From NCBI GenBank assembly GCA_041548245.1, contig JBFESZ010000020.1:1-26954 (forward strand): 26,954 bases of DNA, in the 5' to 3' direction. This document shows positions 19,150 to 26,954 of this stretch, piece by piece. Positions within the stretch are counted from its first letter, which is position 1. Each line of letters opens with the position of its first letter. The notes beneath the pieces are model-generated. The model did not search any database, was not told the origin of the DNA, and was given only the letters and a program-made list of their open reading frames with translations. This stretch comes from Sulfurimonadaceae bacterium (GTDB lineage: Bacteria > Campylobacterota > Campylobacteria > Campylobacterales > Sulfurimonadaceae). The position numbers and the translations under genes are program-made.

Positions 19150-20298
19150 ATGAAATTAAGTGATCGAGTACAGAACATTGCCCAATCGGAAATTCGTGCC
19201 ATGTCCATTTTATGTCATGCAAAGCAGGGGCTGAATATGGCACAAGGGATATGTGACCTTGAGATTCCTACAGTCGTCAAAGAAGGTGCAAAAGAGGCTA
19301 TAGATAATGGTCATAATATCTATACTTCAGCCTATGGAAACCTTCGTCTTCGTCAGGCTATTGCAAAAAAACAGAATGACTTTTATGAACAAGGCGTCAA
19401 TGCAGATAATATTTTAGTCAGTTCGGGTGCAACAGGTGCTTTTTATTGTACGGCAATGTCACTGCTCAATGAAGGCGATGAGGTGATTGTCTTTGAACCA
19501 TATTACGGTTATCATGTCTCAACCTTGCAATCTTTAGGATGTAAAGTAAAGTTTATCAAGACAATGCCACCGGCCTACGCAATCGATTTTGAAGAGTTGC
19601 AGTCTCAGATTACGAAGGATACAAAGGCGTTGCTCATTTGTAATCCTTCCAATCCAAGTGGTAAGGTCTATACAAAAGAAGAGTTGGAAAAGATAGCCCT
19701 GATTATCAATAGGAATGATTTGCTGCTCTTTAGTGATGAGATGTATGAGCATTTTGTCTATGATGATCTTGAGTTTGTCTCAGCCTTAAGTGTTGATGCT
19801 TTAAAAGAGCGGACAGTGGTCATATCAGGATTCTCTAAAATATATTCTATTACAGGATGGCGTTTAGGCTATGCCATCAGTGCATCCCATGTGATTGATG
19901 CAGCTTCGGCTGTGAATGACTTGGTCTACGTATGTCCTGCTGCGCCATTGCAACAAGGTGTCCTTAAGGGGTTAGAAGAACTGCCGAAAAGCTATTATAT
20001 AAATGTAGCTAAAGAGCATCAACACAAACGTGACCGTTTTGTCAGTGCACTTAACGAGGCGGGTCTGAAAGCAGAGTATATAAAAGGTGCGTATTATGTA
20101 CTGGCTGATATATCTTCTCTAGAAGGAAAAAATGATAAAGAGAAGGTTGTCTCGCTTCTTGAAAAGACAGGCATCGCCGCAGTCCCGGCTAGAGCCTTTT
20201 ATCATGAGAGTGATGGAATACATCTTGCACGTTTTTGCTTTTCCAAAAAGGAAGAAGAAATTGATCAGGCGATTGCAGGATTGCAAAGACTGTTGTAA
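19150..20298 (+). CDS. PLP-dependent aminotransferase, class I/II
   Basis: NMAQG, SSGATGA, FEPYY, NPSNPSGKV, SDEMYEH, SGFSKIYSITGWRLGY (PLP Lys), RFCFSK. Confidence 0.92.
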   Translation: MKLSDRVQNIAQSEIRAMSILCHAKQGLNMAQGICDLEIPTVVKEGAKEAIDNGHNIYTSAYGNLRLRQAIAKKQNDFYEQGVNADNILVSSGATGAFYCTAMSLLNEGDEVIVFEPYYGYHVSTLQSLGCKVKFIKTMPPAYAIDFEELQSQITKDTKALLICNPSNPSGKVYTKEELEKIALIINRNDLLLFSDEMYEHFVYDDLEFVSALSVDALKERTVVISGFSKIYSITGWRLGYAISASHVIDAASAVNDLVYVCPAAPLQQGVLKGLEELPKSYYINVAKEHQHKRDRFVSALNEAGLKAEYIKGAYYVLADISSLEGKNDKEKVVSLLEKTGIAAVPARAFYHESDGIHLARFCFSKKEEEIDQAIAGLQRLL

Positions 20299-20307
20299 AG
20301 GTCAATC

Positions 20308-21102
20308 ATCAAAATATCTGTTATCATTCCTGCTTTCAATCGTGCCGAGACGTTGGCACGAGCTATTGACTCGGTATTGGCTCAGTCATACAAGGCCAGT
20401 GAAATCATCGTTGTGGACGATGGCTCGTCAGATGTGACGAGTGAAGTCGCAAAGATGTATTGTGATGTCTATCTACTTCGGCAAAACAACATGGGTGTTT
20501 CTACTGCACGTAACAACGGTGTGATGATGGCATCTTTTGATTGGATTGCTTTTCTTGACTCGGATGATACATGGCATCCTAAAAAACTGGCCTTTCAGGT
20601 AGCGCATCACAAAAAAAATCCGGATTCTTTAGTCTCTTATACGGATGAGACATGGATACGTAATGGTAAAGAGTGGCCTGTTCCAAAAAAGTTCCATAAA
20701 GCTGAACGCGTGACTTTTGAAGACTCTTTAGCGTATTGTAATATTGCTCCCTCATCTGTGATGATCAAAAAAGAGTATTTCGAGAGTATTGGCGGTTTTG
20801 ATGAAACGATGGATGTTTGTGAGGATTATGATCTATGGCTACGTATTCTCAAAGAAGGGAATATCGACCTTGTTCCTAAAAAGCTTGTGAATAAATATGC
20901 TGGAGCATCTAATCAGCTTTCAATGAAGTACCAATTTTTAGATCGTTGGCATGTAAGATCTCTTTTCAAACATGCAGAGAATCCAGTTGTTGTAGAAACC
21001 ATGCTATTGATGATAGATGGATTGCGTAAAGCAGCCCTAAAATACGGCGATGATACACTTTTGAACGAGTGCGCCATTTGGCAATTGAGATTGGGAGAGT
21101 GA
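20308..21102 (+). CDS. Glycosyltransferase family 2 (GT-A); start probably the non-canonical ATC at 20308
   Basis: In-frame KISVIIPAFNR lies upstream of the track's TTG at 20353; also EIIVVDDGSSD, GVSTARNNG, IAFLDSDD, GGFDE..CEDYDLWLR. Product call is strong; the start position is inferred. Confidence 0.85.
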   Translation: MKISVIIPAFNRAETLARAIDSVLAQSYKASEIIVVDDGSSDVTSEVAKMYCDVYLLRQNNMGVSTARNNGVMMASFDWIAFLDSDDTWHPKKLAFQVAHHKKNPDSLVSYTDETWIRNGKEWPVPKKFHKAERVTFEDSLAYCNIAPSSVMIKKEYFESIGGFDETMDVCEDYDLWLRILKEGNIDLVPKKLVNKYAGASNQLSMKYQFLDRWHVRSLFKHAENPVVVETMLLMIDGLRKAALKYGDDTLLNECAIWQLRLGE

Positions 21103-21246
21103 GACTTCCTGTCGCTGGGTTTATTCATAAATGGTATGGATTTAAGAAGTGAATATTGCATCCTTTTTTCTTCCTCTGTGTAAAGAAAAAAGATATAAAT
21201 GGGCAAACTTTAGACATAGAACTATTATGAAGTTAAAAATAAATCA

Positions 21247-21254
21247 GCTATAAT
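21247..21254 (+). promoter_or_regulatory. -10 (GCTATAAT) placed for a leaderless transcript
   Basis: TATAAT at 21249-21254, then 6 nt (CACTTC), then ATG at 21261; no SD-like purine run. Confidence 0.65.
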
Positions 21255-21260
21255 CACTTC

Positions 21261-21830
<570 letters not shown>

Positions 21831-21840
21831 AAAAATATTT

Positions 21841-23031
21841 ATGAAGAATAGTTATCTGCTTTCTGCGTTTATTATCGTTCATACTTCTATTCTTCTTTTT
21901 TTTACATCAGAACTTTCAATCAGCTATTATGAGGCTGATATCTTTTATAACAAAGAGAACTTTCTTCATTACCTGGTTAACTTTTCTACAGCTGTTTTGG
22001 GTAAAAATGATCTTGCTTTACGTTTACCAATGATACTTATGCATGGCATAGGTGCTTTGTTATATTATGATGTTTCCAAGTCTCTGTTTAAAAAGCCAAG
22101 TGATCAGCTTTGGAGTCTTCTTGTCTATCTCTTGTTGCCAGGCGTCAACAGTGCGGCGATAATGGTCGATGGTGCCGGGTTACTTCTGTTTTTACTACTT
22201 TTATTTCTTTATGCTCATAAACACAGCCGTTTTTTATCCTATTTTTTACTTCCACTTTATGTTTTTATAGATAATTCCTTCGCTTTTTTGTACTTAGGGA
22301 TAATTTTCTATTCGATGGAGAAAAAAAATACCACGATGCTGTTTTGTTCGATCATTTTATTTGGGATGTCGATGTATCTTTTTGGTATTGAAATCGGCGG
22401 GCATCCGCATAACCATTTTTTAGATACTTTGGGAATATATGCGGCGATTTTTTCACCGATTGTTTTTATCTATCTCATATACGCTTTGTACAGGACATCC
22501 ATAAAAGAAGAGCGTGATCTATTATGGTATCTTGGTTCGACTGCTTTTATCTTTTCTTTACTCTTTTCGTTCAGACAGCAGATGAAATTGGAAGAGTTGG
22601 CTCCTTATATTCTTCTGACAACACCGATTATGGTGAAGACATTTATATCGTCTTACCGAGTGCGTTTAAGAGAATATCGCAGGAAATATCGACTTTTCCT
22701 TACGATAGGGATGAGTTTTTTGCTGCTAAGTACAGTGACGATTTATATGAATAAATTTCTTTATCTTGTAATATCCAAACCGATGAAGCATTTTGTCTAC
22801 AACAATCATGTGGCAAAGGAGCTTGCGCAGCATCTTAAAGAGATGGGAATAAAAGGGGTGGCATCACAAGACGCCCGATTACAATTGCGCCTTAAATTTT
22901 ATGGAATAGAACAAGATAGAAACGTGCGGATATACAAATATAAACCCCTAGCAGAAGCTCAAAATGTTACTATACGATACAATAATGTAGATGTAGCAGA
23001 ATACTATGTTACTAATTTATACAAGAAATAA
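21841..23031 (+). CDS. Polytopic membrane protein, PMT/ArnT-like (GT-C) glycosyltransferase family
   Basis: About 10 hydrophobic segments; N-terminal ISYYEA and LGKNDLALRLP motifs typical of PMT_2-type proteins; short soluble C-terminal domain. Confidence 0.65.
   Translation: MKNSYLLSAFIIVHTSILLFFTSELSISYYEADIFYNKENFLHYLVNFSTAVLGKNDLALRLPMILMHGIGALLYYDVSKSLFKKPSDQLWSLLVYLLLPGVNSAAIMVDGAGLLLFLLLLFLYAHKHSRFLSYFLLPLYVFIDNSFAFLYLGIIFYSMEKKNTTMLFCSIILFGMSMYLFGIEIGGHPHNHFLDTLGIYAAIFSPIVFIYLIYALYRTSIKEERDLLWYLGSTAFIFSLLFSFRQQMKLEELAPYILLTTPIMVKTFISSYRVRLREYRRKYRLFLTIGMSFLLLSTVTIYMNKFLYLVISKPMKHFVYNNHVAKELAQHLKEMGIKGVASQDARLQLRLKFYGIEQDRNVRIYKYKPLAEAQNVTIRYNNVDVAEYYVTNLYKK
22965..23013 (+). promoter_or_regulatory. 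Two TGTTACT boxes upstream of the aclBA promoter, inside the 3' end of the preceding CDS
   Basis: ATGTTACTA occurs twice (cores at 22965-22971 and 23007-23013, 42 bp apart), with a degenerate reverse box TGTAGCA at 22992-22998. Confidence 0.45.
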
Positions 23032-23080
23032 GGTTTTCTTAAATAAAGGAAGAAGCCTAAAGATATATGCAATAGTTAAA

Positions 23081-23089
23081 TGGTATAAT
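23081..23089 (+). promoter_or_regulatory. Extended -10 promoter for aclBA
   Basis: TGGTATAAT (exact TGnTATAAT), followed by TAAGGAG SD and ATG at 23117. Confidence 0.75.
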
Positions 23090-23116
23090 TTCATAAATAT
23101 TTTCTAAGGAGTTGCA

Positions 23117-24448
23117 ATGGCTCAAAGAGCGATTCGTGAATACGACGGTAAAGCAATTTTCTCAAAACACTGGGAAAAATACTTCAGCGGTTTCACATAC
23201 GGTTTCAAATCTGTATTGGTTACTAGCGGGAAAGAACTACTTGAGAAGGCTGAAGAGCATGGTTTCGAGTGGTTGAAACAAGAGGCACTAGTTGCTAAAC
23301 CAGATATGCTATTTGGTAAGCGTGGTAAAAATGATCTTGTACTTTTCAAGACAAATAAGCCAGGTGATGTAACTTTGGCAGATGCTGCTGCATGGATCGA
23401 TGAGAAGATGTCTCACGATATCACGCTACTTTCAGGTCAGCACGGACGTCTTACGCACTTCGTTGTTGAGCCATTCACTCCACATACTCAAGAACAAGAG
23501 TATTATATCTCTGCGACTACTGTAGGTGAAGATGACGTTCTTTACATGTCTGCTGAAGGTGGTATGGAAGTTGAAGAGGGATGGGACGAGAAAGTTAATG
23601 AAGTTCACATCCCGATCACAATGAGCGATGCAGATATGGAACATGCTGTGCGTGCCAATGTTCCTGCCGACATTCCGGCTGCAAACAAAGAGGCATTTAC
23701 TTCTTTTGCAATTCAATTCTTTAAATTTTACCGCGACTTGAACTTCGCATACCTTGAAATCAACCCTATCGTTATGCTTGAGAACAACGATATGGCTATT
23801 CTTGACCTTGTTGCTCGTTTGGATGACACTGCTGGTTTTATGATGGGTGATGCGTGGGGTGATGTTGAATACCCTACTGCATTTGGTATGGAAGATCAAT
23901 CGCCAGAAGAAAAAGCGGTTGCAGAGGCAGACGCAAAATCTGGTGCATCATTGAAACTGACTGTACTTAATCCACTTGGTCGTATTTGGACAATGGTTGC
24001 CGGCGGTGGTGCTTCAGTTGTATACGCAGATACTATTGCTGACTTCGCTGAAGCAACAGGTGGTTCTGTTTCTGATCTTGCAAACTACGGTGAATATTCT
24101 GGTGGTCCGACAACAGGTGAGACTAAGTTCTATGCAGATACTTTACTAGACCTTATGACACGTCACAAAGATGCACAAGGCCGTGATAAAATCCTTATCA
24201 TCGGTGGTGCGATTGCAAACTTTACAGACGTTGCGAAAACCTTTACAGGTATTATCCAGTCTTTTGAAGAGTATGCAGAGAAATTAAAAGAGCATAACAC
24301 TAAGATTTATGTACGCCGTGGTGGACCAAACTATGAAAAAGGTCTTAAAGATATTAAAGAAGCAGCAGATCGTCTAGGTCTATATATTGGAGTATATGGT
24401 CCAGAGACACACGTTACAGATATCGTGCGTATGGCACTAGAGAAGTAG
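23117..24448 (+). CDS. aclB: ATP-citrate lyase beta subunit
   Basis: MAQRAIREYDGK, VAKPDMLFGKRGK, YLEINP, ARLDDTA, GRIWTMVAGGGASVVYADT, ANYGEYSGGP, IGGAIANFTDVAKTF, VRRGGPNYE. Confidence 0.97.
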   Translation: MAQRAIREYDGKAIFSKHWEKYFSGFTYGFKSVLVTSGKELLEKAEEHGFEWLKQEALVAKPDMLFGKRGKNDLVLFKTNKPGDVTLADAAAWIDEKMSHDITLLSGQHGRLTHFVVEPFTPHTQEQEYYISATTVGEDDVLYMSAEGGMEVEEGWDEKVNEVHIPITMSDADMEHAVRANVPADIPAANKEAFTSFAIQFFKFYRDLNFAYLEINPIVMLENNDMAILDLVARLDDTAGFMMGDAWGDVEYPTAFGMEDQSPEEKAVAEADAKSGASLKLTVLNPLGRIWTMVAGGGASVVYADTIADFAEATGGSVSDLANYGEYSGGPTTGETKFYADTLLDLMTRHKDAQGRDKILIIGGAIANFTDVAKTFTGIIQSFEEYAEKLKEHNTKIYVRRGGPNYEKGLKDIKEAADRLGLYIGVYGPETHVTDIVRMALEK

Positions 24449-24458
24449 GGAGAAACTA

Positions 24459-26276
24459 ATGGCAGCATTATTTACAAAAGAGACACAAGCAATTTTCTGG
24501 AATAACAACAAGAGTGCTATCCAGCGTATGCTTGACTATGACTATACGATTTCTCGTGAGACTCCATCAGTTGCAGCTATTGTAGCTCCAACTTCAAGCA
24601 ACAAGTTTGAGAAATTTTTCTATGGACCAGATGAAGTTATGGTTCCAATTTTCAAAAATACTGCAGAAGCTGCAGCAGCGCATCCAAATGCTGATGTACT
24701 TCTGAACTTTGCATCTTTCCGTACAGCATACGATGTTACAATGGAAGCAATGGATATCGAAGGTCAGTTCAAGACTATCATGGTTACTGCAGAAGGTATT
24801 CCTGAAAGACTTGCACGTGGTATGAACCAGGCTGCTCGTGATAAAGGTATTACAGTAATCGGGCCTGCTACGGTTGGTGGTATTGCTCCGGGTGCTTTCA
24901 AAATTGCTAACGTCGGTGGTACAATCGAGAATATCGTTAACTCTAAACTTCACCGTGCAGGCTCTTGTGGTCTTGTTACACGTTCGGGTGGTCTGTTTAA
25001 CGAACTTTCTAACATCATTTCTATCAATGCTGATGGTATTGCAGAGGGTGTTGCGATCGGTGGTGACCGTTTTGTTGGTTCAGTTTTCATTGACAACCTT
25101 TTACGTATGGAAGAGAACCCTGAAGTTAAATACATGATCCTTCTTGGTGAAGTTGGTGGTACTGAAGAGTACAAAGTGATCGAAGCTGTTAAATCTGGTA
25201 AGATTAAAAAACCAATCATTGCATGGTGTATCGGTACGATCGCTAAACACTTCAGTTCAGGTGTACAATTCGGTCATGCGGGTGCTTCTGCAAATGCTGA
25301 TGCTGAAACTGCAGCAGCGAAAAACAAGGCTATGGCAGAAGCTGGTATCTATGTACCAGAATCTTTCAACGATCTTCCAAATAAGATCAACGAGGTATAC
25401 AACAAACTGAAATCTGAAGGCGTTATCACTGATATCCCTGAACCAGAATTAAAAGTTGTTCCAAAAGTACGTCGTGCGAAAGAGTTTATCTGTACAATCT
25501 CTGATGATACAGGTGAAGAAGCAACCTATGCTGGTTACCCAATCAGTTCAGTTGCAACACCTGAAACAGGTTTCGGTGTTGGTGATGTTATCTCACTACT
25601 ATGGTTCAAGAAGCGTTATCCAAAATGGGCTACAGATTACATCGAGACTGTTCTTAAGACAGTTGCAGATCATGGTCCGGCAGTTTCTGGTGCACACAAT
25701 GCTAAAGTTACTGCTCGTGCAGGTAAAGATGTTATCTCTGCACTTGTAACAGGTCTTCTTACAATCGGTCCACGTTTCGGTGGTGCGATTGATGATGCAG
25801 CACGTTATTTCAAATATGCAAACGATAACGGTATGAGTCCGGCAGAGTTTATCTCTTACATGAAGAAAGAGGGTAAAACGATCTCTGGTATCGGTCACCG
25901 TATCAAATCAGTTCGTAATCCAGACCTACGTGTATCTGGTCTTAAGAAATTTGCTGCTGAGTATTTCCCAGCAACTCCGCTTCTTGACTATGCACTTGAA
26001 GTAGAAAAACTGACAACTTCTAAGAAAGATAACCTGATCCTCAACGTTGACGGTACTATCGGTATTCTTATGGTTGATATGTGGCGTGCTCTTGGATACT
26101 CTGAAGAAGATATTGACGGATTTATCGACGCTGGCGCATTGAATGCATTCTTTGTAGTTGGTCGTTCAATCGGATTCATCGGTCATATCCTTGATGAAAA
26201 ACGTCTTGGTATGCCAATGTACCGTCACCCGACATCAGACATTCTTTACAATGTCGAAAAAGCGGAAGAAATCTAA
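24459..26276 (+). CDS. aclA: ATP-citrate lyase alpha subunit
   Basis: QRMLDYD, NFASFR, IGPATVGG, RSGGLFNE, LGEVGG, QFGHAGA (phospho-His), ADHGPAVSGAHN, GIGHRIKS..NPDLRV, LILNVDG. Confidence 0.98.
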   Translation: MAALFTKETQAIFWNNNKSAIQRMLDYDYTISRETPSVAAIVAPTSSNKFEKFFYGPDEVMVPIFKNTAEAAAAHPNADVLLNFASFRTAYDVTMEAMDIEGQFKTIMVTAEGIPERLARGMNQAARDKGITVIGPATVGGIAPGAFKIANVGGTIENIVNSKLHRAGSCGLVTRSGGLFNELSNIISINADGIAEGVAIGGDRFVGSVFIDNLLRMEENPEVKYMILLGEVGGTEEYKVIEAVKSGKIKKPIIAWCIGTIAKHFSSGVQFGHAGASANADAETAAAKNKAMAEAGIYVPESFNDLPNKINEVYNKLKSEGVITDIPEPELKVVPKVRRAKEFICTISDDTGEEATYAGYPISSVATPETGFGVGDVISLLWFKKRYPKWATDYIETVLKTVADHGPAVSGAHNAKVTARAGKDVISALVTGLLTIGPRFGGAIDDAARYFKYANDNGMSPAEFISYMKKEGKTISGIGHRIKSVRNPDLRVSGLKKFAAEYFPATPLLDYALEVEKLTTSKKDNLILNVDGTIGILMVDMWRALGYSEEDIDGFIDAGALNAFFVVGRSIGFIGHILDEKRLGMPMYRHPTSDILYNVEKAEEI

Positions 26277-26301
26277 TTTCTTCCTGCGGGCAAGCTTGCC
26301 C
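26264..26301 (+). terminator. Tandem hairpins at the 3' end of aclA (terminator or mRNA stabilizer)
   Basis: GGAAGAAAT-CTA-ATTTCTTCC (26264-26284, spans the stop codon) and the perfect palindrome GGGCAAGCTTGCCC (26288-26301); the T-rich tract begins about 10 nt later. Confidence 0.55.
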
Positions 26302-26351
26302 TACTCACAAATTTTCTTCTTTTTTCTATTTCATCTTTATTTTTTTACTTG

Positions 26352-26360
26352 TGCTATAAT
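26352..26360 (+). promoter_or_regulatory. Extended -10 promoter for the pilin-like gene
   Basis: TGCTATAAT preceded by T-tracts; AAGG SD at 26377-26380. Confidence 0.7.
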
Positions 26361-26387
26361 ATGAGCAATTGTTAAAAAGGTGTTCAT

Positions 26388-26954
26388 TTGAAAAAGTCTG
26401 CATTTACTATGATCGAACTTGTTTTTGTGATTGTTGTCATCGGAATTATTACTGCTGTTATGTTACCTCGTATTGACAGAGATAATGTGTATGAAGCAGC
26501 ACAACAGGTGATTTCACATATTAAGTACACCCAGCATCTTGCTCTAATTGATAATAAGTATGATCATGAAGATATTAATATACCAAATCTTGGTGACGGT
26601 TGGTTTCAAGAGATGTGGCAGATCAGGTTTCAAGACTGTGATTCAAATACCAAGCATGCGTACAGTATCTTTTCAGATACCGATCACGACAGTGCCATAG
26701 ACACAGATGAAGTTGCATTAGATCCCCTGAGTAGAAAGCGTATAGATGCAACGACTTGTGAAGCATCAGATGGACAAGATCCGAACATCGTTTTATCAAG
26801 TAAATATAATATAGAGACCGTTACTTTGGCCGGTCCATGTTTTGCGGCAAACAAATACATAGCATTTGACCACTTTGGGCGTCCTCATATAAATGTAGCA
26901 AATCCAGCCAATATCACACTCGCAGCCTGTACAATCACCTTGGCATCAAATGGT
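26388..26954 (+). CDS. Type IV pilin / pseudopilin-like protein (FimT/GspH-like); 189 codons, truncated at the right edge
   Basis: Not in the ORF track. TTG start: MKKSA|FTMIELVFVIVVIGIITAVMLPR (class III signal, Glu+5), EAAQQVISHIKYTQHLAL, IAFDHFGRP; open to the end of the window. Confidence 0.9.
   Translation, partial: MKKSAFTMIELVFVIVVIGIITAVMLPRIDRDNVYEAAQQVISHIKYTQHLALIDNKYDHEDINIPNLGDGWFQEMWQIRFQDCDSNTKHAYSIFSDTDHDSAIDTDEVALDPLSRKRIDATTCEASDGQDPNIVLSSKYNIETVTLAGPCFAANKYIAFDHFGRPHINVANPANITLAACTITLASNG

Noticed and set aside
20913..21206. 97-aa minus-strand ORF starting in the GT2-pabA gap, with a purine-rich stretch before an internal ATG
   Set aside because: Overlaps the GT2 3' end antisense by about 190 nt, has no motif, and SD spacing is poor; cannot be supported.
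23031..23058. Hairpin after the membrane GT-like gene, as a terminator
   Set aside because: Bulged AU-rich stem with a 9-nt loop and no U-tract; too weak to call.

Overview
Mostly core-genome window from a chemolithoautotrophic Campylobacterota (Epsilonproteobacteria; Sulfurimonas/Sulfurovum-like, inferred from gene content and gene order). Left to right: 5' part of an AI-2 kinase (lsrK, missed by the ORF track); an unannotated 45-aa ORF; a minus-strand operon ispDF - atypical HP1021/Cj1608 (CemR)-type response regulator - degenerate ATP-sulfurylase homolog - pgpA - glutaredoxin; thiC-mrp(apbC); membrane-bound diheme fumarate reductase frdCAB; a CxxCH-containing membrane diguanylate cyclase; glnD-glmS; mqnE - PLP aminotransferase - GT2; glutamine amidotransferase (pabA/trpG family) - PMT/ArnT-like membrane protein; ATP-citrate lyase aclBA (reductive TCA marker); and a truncated type IV pilin-like gene. 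I see no mobile element, CRISPR array, tRNA/rRNA or riboswitch, and no clearly new multi-gene system. The best leads are: (i) clustered TGTTAC boxes at the regulator's own promoter and upstream of aclBA, suggesting redox-regulator control of CO2 fixation; (ii) an Mrp/ApbC that has lost its CPxC cluster ligands and has a Cys-rich tail instead; (iii) a GT2 gene with no canonical start codon (ATC start or in-frame read-through); (iv) a Sat homolog lacking the sulfate-binding motif, coupled to the regulator; (v) a probably leaderless pabA/trpG. All calls come from manual reading and remembered family motifs; no searches were run.
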